Shown: positions 40,092-53,275 of the stretch, piece after piece
Position numbering within the stretch: position 1 is the first letter of the stretch
Layout of the letters: each line of letters opens with the position of its first letter
Assembly (NCBI GenBank): GCA_964016885.1
Contig: OZ024741.1
Span: forward strand, 44,950,001 to 45,014,000
Source of the DNA: Eledone cirrhosa
Taxonomy: Eukaryota
Direction of reading: 5' to 3'
DNA: 64,000 nucleotides
Translations under genes and position numbers: made by a program
The notes under the pieces: model-generated
Told to the model about the DNA's origin: nothing
What the model saw: only the letters and a program-made list of their open reading frames with translations
The model's database searches: none

Positions 40092-41376
40092 TAAAGTTAG
40101 TCCTTCATCGGTGATCTTCCAACCATCATTGGTTTTTCATCGCTTTAAAGACCATATACCTCCGGTTGGTGCGAGCAACGGCTAAAAAAAGTCGTTGGTA
40201 CACGTAAATAAAGGTGACACGAGAGTCTAAACAAACAAAGATGGTGAAGCAACGAAAAATGAGGAAGAAAGAGTCAAGTCCCCAAATTTCCATGAATTCG
40301 TTCGGTGAAATCGTGAACGAGAGAGAATAAAGACCATCAAACCTGGTTGGAATGGGAGCAAGGAAGGAATTCCGTGCAGGTCTAACGGGAGGAAGAAGGA
40401 ATCTAGTCTGTGAATTCGGTGAACATAAGTTCTGTGAAATCGTAGACGAGAGTGAGAGAAAAAGCGAACCTGCCTGACCAAGGGTGCGAAAGAAAAGAAT
40501 TACGCACAGGTCAAACGGGAAGAAGGAGGAGGAGGAGAGGTAGTAACAGAGAGTGAGTGAGTGAAGGGTGAGGAAGAGGCTAACAGAGAGACTGACTGTT
40601 AGAGAGGGTAAAGATACAGAGAAAGAGCAAACAGTAAGAACGAAATAGACGGGTCACAGCGGGGGAAAAAATATGTGTAAATATGAGAATAAACGTGCTG
40701 CGTGGTTGCTGAAGGGTTACATATGAATAAAGTTAGTCCTTCATCAGTGATCTTCCAACCATCATTGGTATTTCATCGCTTTAAAGACCATATACCTCCG
40801 GTTGGTGCGAGCAACGGCTAAAAAAGTCGTTGGGACACGTAAATAAAGGGGACACGAGAGTGTAAACAAACAAAGATGGTGAAGCAACGAAAAGTCAGGA
40901 AGAAAGAGTCAAGTCCCAAATTTCCATGAATATAAGTTCGGTGAAATCGTGAACAAGAGAGAATAAAGACCATCAAACCTGGTTGGAATGTGAGCAAGGA
41001 AGGAATTCCGTACAGTTTTAATGGGAGGAAGAAGGAATCTAGTCTGTGAATTCGGTGAACATAAGTTCTGTGAAATTGTAGACGAGAGAGAAAATCTCTC
41101 GTCTACGATTTCAGCGAATTTATATTCATGGAAATTTGGGACTTGACTCTTTCTTCCTCACTTTTCATTGCTTCAGCATCTTTGTTTGTTTACACTCTCG
41201 TGTCCCCTTTATTTACGTGTCCCAACGACTTTTTTTAGCCGTTGCTCGCACCAACCGGACGTATATGGTCTTTAAAGCGATGAAATACCAATGATGGTTG
41301 GAAGATCACTTATGAAGGACTAACTTTATTCATATGTAACCCATCACCAACTACGCAGCACGTTTATTCTCATATT

Positions 41377-41379
<3 letters not shown>
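40087..41379. repeat. Partial tandem (635-bp unit) plus inverted arm, flanked by (TA)n
   Basis: 40088-40460 repeated at 40723-41093; 41094-41379 is an inverted copy of ~40675-40960. Confidence 0.85.
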
Positions 41380-41457
<78 letters not shown>

Positions 41458-41463
<6 letters not shown>

Positions 41464-41940
41464 ATACCTTGGGAGGGTCATGTTGCCAATAAGAAACACA
41501 CGCACCAGAGGCTTTAACTTCAATTTATTATAAATTTCCTGTTGGTTGGTTCCACAACCGGATGGTTGTTCATATATTGTCAAAGTTATTTCGTCACACA
41601 TTCTGTGACCTCATCAGTGACTGGGGATTCTTTACTTTTTTTGTGCCTCTCCTTTGTTCTGTCCTACGCCATCTTGTTGTTGTGTGTGTTGTGTGCTTAG
41701 TTTGCGCATGTGTTACATCCGGGTGTCTGTGTGTGTTTTTATTTGTTTATTTACATGTTACTAGTTAGTTGTTTGTTCTATGTGTGTGTGTGTTTTCCTT
41801 TTGTCCTTAATTGTAAGTTGTGATATTGCTATTCCATTCATGCTTTCTATTTAATTTTGGTTGGAGTTCATTTATGTTTATTGCCTCTGTGATTTGTCTA
41901 AACATTGCGTCTTTTCTGTGTGTTGATTTTATTTTACGTA
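41458..41940 (-). mobile_element. PLE 3' end: GIY-YIG C-terminus, HHR (41579-41621) and tail
   Basis: RQITEAININELQPKLNRKHEW; gtca-CTGATGA-g gtcaca gaatg tgtgac-GAAAT aa CTT-tgac; tail recurs inverted at 62340-62417. Confidence 0.75.
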
Positions 41941-42008
41941 AATATATATATATATATATATATATATAGATTAATTCCTGATGCATCACTGATTTTTCGT
42001 TTTCTTTA

Positions 42009-42100
<92 letters not shown>

Positions 42101-42263
42101 TATCAACATAATAACAAATTATACATTTTTTTATTATGTTGACAATTTTTTCAACATACCTTTCATGTCCTTTTTTTGCTGTATATAGGTGCGTGTGTTT
42201 ATTATCCTCAGTGTGTGTATTTATTTTGTTTCGTATTTATATGTGTTTGTTTGTATGCATATG

Positions 42264-42307
<44 letters not shown>

Positions 42308-42608
42308 CGCGTGCGTGTGTGTGTGTGTGTGTGTGTATGTGTGTGTGTGGTTGTATGCGTGCATGTGTATGAGTGTGTATATGTGATTGATCCGCTTATA
42401 TACCTATGTAAGTTGATGCGCTTATATATCTATGTCTTATATATCTAAGTAAGTATATGGGTGTGCGTATAGATTCGTGAATATAATTTCCCGTGTTCAT
42501 GCATGTATGTATATATATTTTTTTTTCCGTTATAAGCTATTTTAACTCAGCCTCACTTTCAATTTTAATCAGTATCACTTTCAAAAAATATATCCGAAAC
42601 ATAAATAT

Positions 42609-42676
42609 TTCATCTGATGAAGGGGCCGAACATTTCTGTAAGGATCGTTTATTTTCTAGAAACCTTTGGTAATGGA
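42609..42676 (+). ncRNA. Type I HHR-like motif with weak helix II, related to the 38624 family
   Basis: tcat-CTGATGA-agggg...ttcta-GAAAC cttt gGTA-atgg; downstream tail resembles 38675-38755. Confidence 0.55.
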
Positions 42677-42893
42677 ATAATTATATTGTGTTGTTTATCA
42701 TGTAATTTGATAGCCATGTACTATAGATAGAGCACTCTTTTTTACTTTACCTTTTCTACGGAAATACTTAACACATATGTATATATATATTTTGGGGAGA
42801 TATAAAAGATACAGATCCAAAACCCAACGAAACAGTGAGTGTGTTCTGTTATTATTTCTGGCAATATTATTACAACAATATGACCCTCCACAA

Positions 42894-42955
<62 letters not shown>

Positions 42956-43072
42956 AGAGAGAGAGAGAGGGGGAGGGAGAGAGATTGAGACAGTATTAAG
43001 CATAACATATGATATATTATATATATGTGTATGTATGTATGTATATATATATATAAATTTATATATACAAAT

Positions 43073-43172
43073 TTAACCTCGGCAGGATTTGAACTCAGAT
43101 CGTAATGAAGCCTAACCCTATGCCATAAAGCATGTTGTCCGACGCTCTACCGATTCTGCCGATCCACCGCCT
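43073..43172 (-). mobile_element. SINE 5' half
   Basis: ttaacctcggcaggatttgaactcag...ctctaccgattctgccgatccaccgcc. Confidence 0.75.
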
Positions 43173-43251
43173 TCAATTATGTTTAATATTGACAAATACT
43201 TTTGTATGATAATCTGTACAATGGAGGTAAGAGAATATTTTTAAATGCAAA

Positions 43252-43312
43252 GCATTGGGATCGAACCTGGGACAATATCATTACGAAGTGCACTTCTTAG
43301 TCATTCGGCCAT
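43252..43312 (-). mobile_element. Degenerate tRNA-derived head (probably another SINE family)
   Basis: Minus strand TGGCCGAATGACTAAG...GGTTCGATCCC has A and B boxes but no complete cloverleaf. Confidence 0.45.
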
Positions 43313-43708
43313 ACAAACAGTTCAGCACACTCAAAATACCACCGGATATTAATAATATGTTAATGTAGTGTGCACTATTTTCGGCTCATCGTTTTTCAAA
43401 TAAAGTCTTTAATGATACTAATGTTGACGGAAGTGATTTATCCAGCCAATTTGGAAATGTCTCCCACAGGAAATTATATTCGTTCACAACCAATGACATT
43501 GACTATTCTGTTGTGATAATCCACATTTGCGTAAAAGTAAAAAAAACAACATTCAAACGAAGATGAAAACAAGGGAAATGTGAACATGTATGCGAATCTA
43601 TCTCCTTCAGTCTGCGCTTCTATATACTTGTGTAAATGTGAAGGTATATAGTTTACACATGTTTCTAGTATGCTTACATCGATGCATATATATATATACA
43701 CTATACAC

Positions 43709-43768
<60 letters not shown>

Positions 43769-45008
43769 TGATATTGGTATACATTTGTATGAATATATAT
43801 ATAAATATATGTATGTATATATATATGTGTGTGTGTGTGTGCGTGTGTATGTATTTATATTTATATACACACGTGTGTGAGTGTGTGTGTGTCTGCGTCT
43901 ATGTATGTTATGTATACACGCATACATCTATTTGAAAATATATCCCTATCCTAATTCAGATATCTGTTATAACAGTTGATAACCATAAATAACGGTTGAA
44001 TAATATCGGTTAGAGTCCCGCTCGAGACAGAAAAAGAGGACTGAGGCGTCTGTGAGTTATGGAACCATGCATTTCTCGTATACAGATTAACAATTACAAC
44101 ATATGTTTTCCGAACGCTAGTTGTCTTTTTTGTAATATCAAACGTGATGCTAGATATGTAAACAGACGTGGCTGATTTACAAATCACTGGAACATATCAA
44201 ATTTCAATATACATATTAGTCAGTCATGACATATGATTAACTATTTCCCAATTATTCGTAAATCAAGCAATGCTGATTACACTTCCACTTCTAGTGTCAT
44301 GCTCAAAGCTAAGAAGAATCCATGTCAAATGCATTCTCCCCACATACGAGAGGTACGTGGTTCGATTCCCTGCAGGCATCTCTTTTCAACATTTCCATCT
44401 CCAAATAAACTGTTATTCATGGTTACCAATTAATATCATAGTTATTTACATTATGGCTTATGTATTTTCAAATTTTGCAAGGCGGGATAAATCAGCTAGT
44501 GTGGTGACACACACATTTATATTTATATATAAACCTATACACACACGCGTGCCTGCCCATGTATATATGTATATATATATCTGCTCCTCAGACTGGTGAT
44601 GCGACAAAATATATATTTTTGTTGTGGTATGAGGACCTAGAATGTATATATATATATAGGCATTGGTCCTATTTTTTTGTCTGTTGGCGTATGTGTATAT
44701 CTTGGTGTAATTTATGTGGCGGCAATGCGGGTGTGTATTCACTGATATCCATGTGCGTATTTACGTGAGCGCACGAGAAATTGAGGATTCGTGTGTGTGT
44801 GTGTGCGCGCGTGTGTGGGCGCGTTTTAGAATGTGTATTTGTCAGTCAAAGACATGCTCTGGTGTAAACAGTAAGCAAAGGTTTGTGGGGGGTGCCACGC
44901 ATGTACAACCTTATCCTGTCGGTAAAGACATTTCATGTTTTTGTGGATAACAGCTCGATACGCAATAAATAATTTTCATATGTAAACGAAACTTCTTCCT
45001 TTTTCGAT

Positions 45009-45079
<71 letters not shown>

Positions 45080-45085
<6 letters not shown>

Positions 45086-45352
45086 GAATATAAAAGAGAG
45101 ATAAACACATATATAAACATATATATATATATATTTGAATATAAAAGAGACATAAACACAGATATAAACATATATGTGTTCAAATCGTAAGGGACCAGAT
45201 TTGCTAGGGTGAAAAAGATCCTAACTATTAACAAATACTAACTATTGTTAATAGTTAGTATTTTTTTCACCCTGGCGAATCTGATCCCTTACTACGATTT
45301 GAACACATATGTCTTTATATCTGTGTATATCTCTCTTTTGTATTCAATTATA
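45080..45352. repeat. Fold-back hairpin with ~100-bp arms
   Basis: 45135-45232 is an inverted near-copy of 45246-45348; lies between (TA)n runs. Confidence 0.8.
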
Positions 45353-45421
45353 TTACACGGCTCAGAAAAACCTCTTTCTTTGAGCTATTTAATTGTAGGG
45401 GAATATTTTGAGTTTCTAACT

Positions 45422-45505
<84 letters not shown>

Positions 45506-45514
<9 letters not shown>

Positions 45515-45781
45515 ACATAATGTATATTAAACTATATTTAATGGTGGTCTATATGTTTGAATAAATATATTTTCGTTATTTATTTGTATTTGTTCTGTTG
45601 TATTGTCAGCGAAAAGATAAAATGGGAACACTTGGAATTGAGGTGCCTTATTACTTGCGCATATGTCTAGATGTACACATAGTGGTATCTGTCTCGTGGT
45701 TGGATCCCGTAATTGTTGGCGATGAACTGTCATTCTGTTTCTGAGTGTGAGTTTAGTTTGTCCTATATAATTTTCATATAA
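45506..45781 (-). pseudogene. GIY-YIG C-terminal fragment of a PLE (family D, Neptune-like), left arm
   Basis: YIGQTKLTLRNRMTVHRQQLRDP...R/QINNENIFIQTYRPPLN. Confidence 0.75.
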
Positions 45782-45821
45782 ATAAATAAATAAATATATA
45801 TATATATATATATTTATTTAT

Positions 45822-46542
45822 TTATATGAAAATTATATAGGACAAACTAAACTCAGAAACAGAATGACAGTTCATCGCCAACAATCACGGGATCCAACCA
45901 CGAGACAGATACCACTATGTGCACATCTAGACATATGCGCAAGTAATAAGACACCCCAATTCCAAGTGTTGCCATTTTATCTTTTCGCTGACAATACAAC
46001 AGAACAAATACGAATAAATAACAAAAATATATTTATTCAAACATATAGACCAGCATTAAATATAGTTTAATATACATTATGTCAACAACATGACATGTTA
46101 CCCATCCAAACAGACACATACACACACACATAACACCTTCTACTTTAGAAAATAAAAACCAGAACTAAATAAAATTAACATACGTTAATACTCTAACACC
46201 TTAACATGCTAACCACACCCTCCACATACACATAACTCCCTCCCCCATTTCTACTAGCGGAATCATTTTCCTACACACACACATACAAAATATATATATT
46301 CTCTCCATCTTAATATGCTAACCATACTCTCCCCCCCACACACACACACACATAACACCCATACGCAACTCCCTCCCCCATTTCTACTAATAGAATCATT
46401 TTCCTACACACACAAAATATATATATTCTCTCCATCTTAACATGCTAACCATACTCCCACACACACCCATACACATTCACATAACACCCATACACACACA
46501 GACAACTCCCTCCCCCATTTCTACTAATAGAATGATCTTCCT

Positions 46543-46585
<43 letters not shown>

Positions 46586-47400
46586 CAAGCGCACAAATAA
46601 ACATACATATTTATACTTTCTTTATTTCAATAGAAAGTCTGAATTCTGACACCCCAGCACACCAACAATATTCACTGAACCAGAACAATTCTACTCATCC
46701 CATTTCTCTTGACCATTATCTTTTGCTTGGCACAACATTCTCTAAAAGACTACAAAATAAATTCCCAAATACGGGCCCGAAATTTAATGAACTTGTTCAC
46801 GTGACAGTCATAATTTCATTTATAACCAATCAAATTACATTTCAGCACATCAGTCATAATCAAAACAACTCTCTCCATCCCTTTTTTTTTTACCATTATC
46901 TTTTGTTTGGCACAAAATTCTCTAAATGGCTATAAAAAATTCAAAAATACGGGCGCGAAATTTAATGTACTTGTTCACGTGACAGTCACAATTTCATTTA
47001 TAACCAATCAAATTACATTTATAAAAAAAAAACCTTCGTGAGCCACTTTTTTTTAAGTAAAAAGAAATTCAAACACAAACTGGCGCGAAAGCTGATGTGC
47101 TTATTCACGTGACTGCATCAACCAACCAAATTCACTCATATCATATATGAAAAAACAACCTGAGCACCCCCACCCCTCTTTTTTGAAGAACTTTGTAACG
47201 CGAACTGGCGCGAAATTTATTATACTTATTCACAAACCAATCAAATTACTTCTCTAAAAACCTGGCATTTCGAGCCACTTTTTTCCATATAAAACAAGTA
47301 ACATTCAAAGACCAACCAGATGTGAGAAAAACCACAGACCCACCATATCAACTCTACTTTTGAAAAGCAGAAGAACTGCGAAACCGGTAAAGGAATCAAA
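45822..47400 (+). mobile_element. PLE family D 3' end: GIY-YIG fragment, minisatellites and HHR at 47357-47392
   Basis: ENYIGQTKLRNRMTVHRQQ...FIQTYRPALNIV*; ~115-bp repeats at 46195-46550; ~180-bp repeats at 46660-47020; ctt-TTGAAAA-gcag aagaa ctgc-GAAAC cg GTA-aag. Confidence 0.75.
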
Positions 47401-47484
47401 TATATATATATATATTTAAAAAGAAAGACTCCAGTTGCATTTTCGATTTCATCTTTTTTCCATATATATATATATATATATATA

Positions 47485-48422
47485 TACATTAAAATATATG
47501 ATCAACACAAAACGTGTTTGCATTGCAACAGACAAAGTTAGCTATTAATGAAATAAACTAATTAAAGTGAATACAATTTGTCTGTCTCGATATAAGTCAA
47601 TAAAGACAAGCTTATATTGGCAAAGGCCATGGTTCCTGGAAAATTTAAATTTCAAAATCCAAACCTGCTCCGTAGATGAATTTGAACCTCGAAACCTAAA
47701 AATGTTTCGCAACGGTGGTACGTGAATTGAAAAATAAAGAGAATCGAAATGGAATTGAAATACAATGTGAAATACCCAAATCTTCTGTGCTTATCAACAG
47801 AAACCCAGTAAAATTAGTATATTCCACATCAAAAATTTAGCAGGTCTGACTACACGTGTGCAGCCAGGCCAAATTGGCCGTCCCGCATTCCCGGTGCTAG
47901 AAATAACAGCCGTTTATGTGGGATTAAAGATCAGCTCTACAGTTAAGGAGCAATATACTATATTATATTTTGAGAATAAACTCTCACTCGTTTACAATAA
48001 ATCAGCTCGAAGAAAAGGGGCATTTCCGAGCAGTTAAATACATTAAAATATATGATAAACACATTATTTCAATTCCATTTCGATTCTCTTTATTTTTCAA
48101 TTCACGTACCACCGTTGCGAAACATTTTTACGTTTCGAGGTTCAAATTCATCTACGGAGCAGGTTTGGATTTTGAAATTTAAATTTTCCAGGAACCATGG
48201 CCTTTGCCAATATAAGCTTGTCTTTATTGACTTATATCGAGACAGACAAATTGTATTCACTTTAATTAGTTTATTTCATTAATAACTAACTTTGTCTGTT
48301 GCAATGCAAACACGTTTTGTGTTTATCATATATTTTAATGTATTTAACTGCTCGGAAATGCCCCTTTTCTTGGAGCTGAATTATTGTAAACGACTGAGAG
48401 TTTATTCTCAAAATATAATATA

Positions 48423-48428
<6 letters not shown>
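47485..48428. repeat. Partial tandem (~550-bp unit) plus inverted arm, flanked by (TA)n
   Basis: 47485-47762 is inverted at 48065-48343; 47952-48060 is inverted at 48318-48428. Confidence 0.85.
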
Positions 48429-48463
<35 letters not shown>

Positions 48464-48591
48464 GTAAGAATATTTTCGAAACAGCGCCGTATTTTGACTA
48501 AAGAAATTAAAGAAATTATTTAGCCTGATAGTGGGGTTCAGAACCCTCGGAGAAATACAAAAAGATGAGTATTGACGTACATATATATATA

Positions 48592-50292
48592 TTAATTTAT
48601 TAAAATAACAGATTAAAGTTTAAGCAAAAATCGCTGCTTTCACTCTTAACGGGATCTTCTGAAACTAAAAAAGTCAATCTGTGAACGCAGAAGTAAATAT
48701 TACAAAAAACGTTGCAACCGGCTGAAGACAGGAAGACGATAATTTGGTTCGTGGAAACGTTCCCTGGCAAAGAACGAAAAAAAACGAAGATAATACGTCA
48801 TTATTTGGGGAGGTGAAAACAATTGCACGCAAAGACAAAACCACGTAAATGGTATGACTGAAGTTGTAGACTAAAATTCCAACTAGGAAACTGAAAGGTT
48901 CTCGGCTTCTGAGTTAAGAATAAAGAAAAGAAAATACAGAGGTAATTGAAATTAAATAAATACATACACGGATCCATATACGTTCATACACAAGCATACG
49001 CGAAAACACACGCCATAGGTATACAAATACAAGCACGTACACAAAAAACCTGCACGCAGATACAGAAACCACGCAACGCCTGTACCCACACACATACGAA
49101 CGTATACACCAAATACACATAAAAATATATATAAAACACGCGTATACACATAACCAAACGCATATGTACCAGAATATATAATATATACGCCAATAACATA
49201 TACAGGCAAATATACGTACGAGAAAGTATACGTACCTTCACAAAACATACAGGTAATATATACTTACCTATACAAATAAGTAATGGTATAAACATAACAT
49301 ATATTTAGCTACCACATCAAGACGTAAAATATCCGCGTATAGTTCGGACTAACCGTTAGGGTATAATGTGGAGCTGTAATACAGGAAAATGTTGTGTAAT
49401 TTATGTATACCAGCCGAAATTGCCTCATATTTTTTGTTTAAGATGTGGTCTTTGGCGTAGAGTATTTCCAGGGCTTCAGCGGCGCAGAGGTCACATGGTC
49501 TTTTATTTCCGTTATACGATCTTGCCCTAGCTAGGATCTCCCAGTGTAACATATATTGGGTGTGGTTGTCTTTTAGACTCCAGATATAAGCTGAAAGTGA
49601 TGTCATATTACTTCTTAAAGGCTTAAGAAAAGAATGGGTATGCTTCTAGAGAAGCTGCCTGAATCTATTGGCGATTTACCCTATGTAGGCCCTACGGGAC
49701 GTGGGTGTTTCAAACTTACATTTGTAGACAATGTTACTAGAGAGGCATTTCCCGGATAGGAGGCAGTCAACCCGATTCCTACAATTACAGTTAGTACTAG
49801 CTACAAGGTTGTACGTGTTCCTACGGCTAGGTAGTTTAGCTAAATTTGAAGTTGTGATGTTATGTGCAAGGGTAGGAGTCGTAGAGTAAGAACTTTTAAT
49901 GGTATTTATATTTAAAATGTTACTATACGACTTCAGTTATACCATTGACGTGGTTTTGTCTTTGCGTGTCATTGTTTTCACCGCTCCAAATAATGACGTA
50001 TTGTCTTCGTTTTTTTTTCGTTCTTTGTCAGGGAACGTTTCCACGAACCAAAGTATCGTCTTCCTTTCTTCCTCCGGTTGCAACGTTTTTTGAAATATTT
50101 ATTTCTGCGTTCACAGATTGACTTTTTTATTATCAGAAGATCCGTTTAAGGGAGAAAGCAGCGATTCTTTGCTTAAAATTTAATTTGTTATTTTAATAAA
50201 TATTTGCTCTGCGGTTCTTATATATTTGATATATATTTATGCTTATCGAGCCCTCTTTGGATTTTAGTCTTCAAATTTGTTATTACGACTAT
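48592..50292. mobile_element. Family A Naiad fold-back insertion: minus arm 48592-49926 and plus arm 49924-50292
   Basis: Near-copy of 18272-19998 including SLSAYIWSLKD..CDLCAAE; right arm is an inverted pLTR; HHRs at 48617-48666 (-) and ~50128-50180 (+). Confidence 0.88.
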
Positions 50293-50315
50293 ATATATAT
50301 CTATATATATATATA

Positions 50316-50410
<95 letters not shown>

Positions 50411-50413
<3 letters not shown>

Positions 50414-50684
50414 TGGCGAAGGGTAAACTGGAAAGCAGGGCATGCAGGCCTATCGCCATGTTGGAAAGTGGGGCTCTGCAGCCTTACACACCCCTCCAAT
50501 TCCCTCTAAATGACCCTCCCGATCAAAGTCGCATGTAGTGTTATCTTGTGTGTGTGTGTTATCTTTTTATGTGTCTACGATATGTAAGCAGTCAAATTTC
50601 TGCTTGCTTCAACCGACGCAATTGATCAACTCAAGATTATATAACGCGTGCACTGCACGCGTTGCATGCACGAACCCTTCGCCC

Positions 50685-50686
<2 letters not shown>
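50411..50686. mobile_element. Possible MITE with short TIRs, inserted in (TA)n
   Basis: AGTGGCGAAGGGT / ACCCTTCGCCCCT termini. Confidence 0.45.
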
Positions 50687-50745
<59 letters not shown>

Positions 50746-50995
50746 CGAGAGAGAGAATGAGTTGCGGCGTCACAGATATCAAGCTCTATCAGCCTTAGCC
50801 TTTCCCTTGTACATTATTTGTGGCGTGGAGAGGGGGTGCTGATATACATGGATGACGCCTGGTCTTCCACAAACAACCTTGCCCGGACTTGTGCCTCGGA
50901 GGGAAACCTTCTTGGAGCAAAACCCATGGTCATCGTGACCGAAGGGGGTCTTCTCTACCTTCTCTCTCTCTCTCTGTATATTTATATATATATAT

Positions 50996-51210
50996 ATTAA
51001 AGTAACAGATTAAAGTTTAAGCAAAGAATCGCTGCTTTCACCCTTAACGGGAAATTCTGAATTTTCCGTTAAGGGTGAAAGCACCGTTTCTCTGCGTAAA
51101 ATTTAATCGGTTCATTTAATAAATATTTGCTCTACGGTTCTTTTATATTTGATATATATTTATCCTTATCGAGCCTTCTTTGGATTTTAGTCTTCAAATT
51201 CATTATTATT

Positions 51211-51215
<5 letters not shown>
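50996..51215. mobile_element. Short family A fold-back, broken inside the HHR
   Basis: ctttcacccttaacgg-gaaattctgaatttt-ccgttaagggtgaaag. Confidence 0.75.
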
Positions 51216-51276
<61 letters not shown>

Positions 51277-51279
<3 letters not shown>

Positions 51280-51450
51280 ACCATCTGAGTCAGTTTCTTG
51301 GTCAGTGTCCTGTGGGAGCCCCTGCATGGACACACTAGAAGATGGAGGCCGAGGTTGACATATGTTGACACTGGTCTCTTGGAGACGCATGACATGGTAG
51401 CGGTGGTGAGGGAAAGAGACCGCTGGAGAGAACTCGTCCATGCATCTCGG
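51277..51450 (+). pseudogene. C-terminal fragment of an RTE-type LINE
   Basis: VLWEPLHGHTRRWRPRLTYVD...DRWRELV. Confidence 0.6.
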
Positions 51451-52222
51451 GAATTTTACCCGCTCTATATATATATCACACATACATATATATATGTATA
51501 CACATATATATATATACAAGTAAATAGATTGACAGATATAATTCAAATGTAATACAAATAAATACATTTCGAAAAGTTCAGGTAGTTTTGCGTTGAATAT
51601 ATATTTACACTAGACAATGGTGAGATCAACTGGGAATGAACTTATCAATATATTTTAGCTGAAAGGATTTCACAACGAAGGCGAAACCCAACAACAAACC
51701 TACTTTAACAAACAAATTGAATAGCAATTTCACATACATTTGAAACATATAAATTACAGGGAATTTAAGGCTCTACGCCCAATCCATTATTCCGAGCTAT
51801 AAATCACGTGCATTATTTCCTCTCGCATACGAACATTCAGACGTTGAATTCGGGTAGAATCAAAAGAAAGGATAGGAATAATTATTTTGCAAAATAATTC
51901 TGAAAATCGAAGTAGGTTTGGTTTTGCAAATTGAACAAAAGGAAGTAGATATTAATTATATGACAAAAGATTTATGAATAAAAAAAGAAAAAAGAAATGA
52001 AATAAATAGTAACAGAAAATAACATAAACAACATTTTCTAATTCGTTTTAAAATGAATATATAATTGCAGGAAAGATTCATACAAATAATGTGTTAAAAC
52101 AGTACAAGACCAAATAAAGTGAGCTTAGCAAGTTCCTTTCTTTTCTAGTTTTCAGGTTTACAGATTTTCTATCGGGGATACACTCAAAGACTACAAGTAA
52201 AGGAAATACATACATATATTAA

Positions 52223-52286
<64 letters not shown>

Positions 52287-53033
52287 AATGTGAGTTTCTT
52301 CGAATATTAATAATAATATTCGATTCGTTTGCATTGTGCAAACAGCCTCATTTTTAAACACATTTCAGTAGAATTAGCCCCTCATTCTTGCTCTTTTGTT
52401 AGCATGTAAACAGAACTGCAGACACTAATGTTTCTGGGTATCACCCTTCATCAGTACAGCTCACTGTTCACCTGCCAACTGTCAGAGCCAGTGAAAATAT
52501 ATATGTTCTAAAATATACAGTGACTGATCAGCCTGATTTGCATATTAGCAGACTGGCTGATCAGTCAGATCTGCATATTATCAGATCCACTGATCACCCA
52601 GATTTGCATATCAGCCGACAGGCCAGTCAGTTTCCTGAATACGAGCAATTAATGGCCATCTTTGCTATATTCAAAGGAATAAAAAATTAAAAAAACATCA
52701 TCGCTCTACATGGCTGAATACAATAAATGAAATCTGAGTTTTTCGAATATTAATAATAATATTCGATTCGTTTGCAATTATGCAAACAACCTTATTTTTA
52801 AAGCCATGTCAGTAGAATGAGCCCCTTATTCTTGCATTTTTGGGGGGCTTGTAAACAGAACTGTAGGCACTAAATGTTTCTGGGTATCACCCTTCATCAG
52901 TACAGCTCACTGCTCACCTGCCTACTGCCAGAGCAAATGAAAATATATGATATTTTCTAAAATATACAGTGACTGATCGCGCTGATTTGCTTATTAGCAG
53001 ACTGGCTGATCAGTCAGTGCTGCATATTAGCAT
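52287..53033 (-). repeat. Family F3 tandem (445-bp unit) with HHRs at 52413-52462 and 52858-52908
   Basis: gagctgta-CTGATGA-a ggg tgata ccc a-GAAAC attagt GTC-tgcagttc (8-bp helix I); octamers at 52536 and 52602, variant at 52569. Confidence 0.88.
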
Positions 53034-53057
53034 ATATATACATATATATATATATAT

Positions 53058-53241
53058 AACGAAGGAAATGTGGTAAGGAACCAGGTGGACCATAACGCAC
53101 CAAAGTACTCAATACTTAGGGTAGTAGAGGGGGTAATAGGAACGAGTAGAACCCCGACGGCTGAGCTCAAGCCGTTTCGACGGCTAATTCTGGATTAGCC
53201 GTCGAAACGGCTTGAGCTCAGCCGTCGGGGTCCTACTCGTT

Positions 53242-53246
<5 letters not shown>
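53058..53246. repeat. Fold-back of an HHR 3' half plus tail; same family at 26590-26656 and 59185-59298
   Basis: tagccgtc-GAAACGGCT tgagctc AGCCGTC-gggg, with its reverse complement immediately upstream. Confidence 0.8.

Positions 53247-53275
<29 letters not shown>

Noticed and set aside
43252-44372. tRNA genes at 43252-43312 and ~44345-44372
   Set aside because: Only A/B-box-like remnants; no full cloverleaf or acceptor stem.
48470-48560. HHR candidate around cctgatagtgggg...ccctcggagaaatac
   Set aside because: The core and helix I cannot be placed in register.
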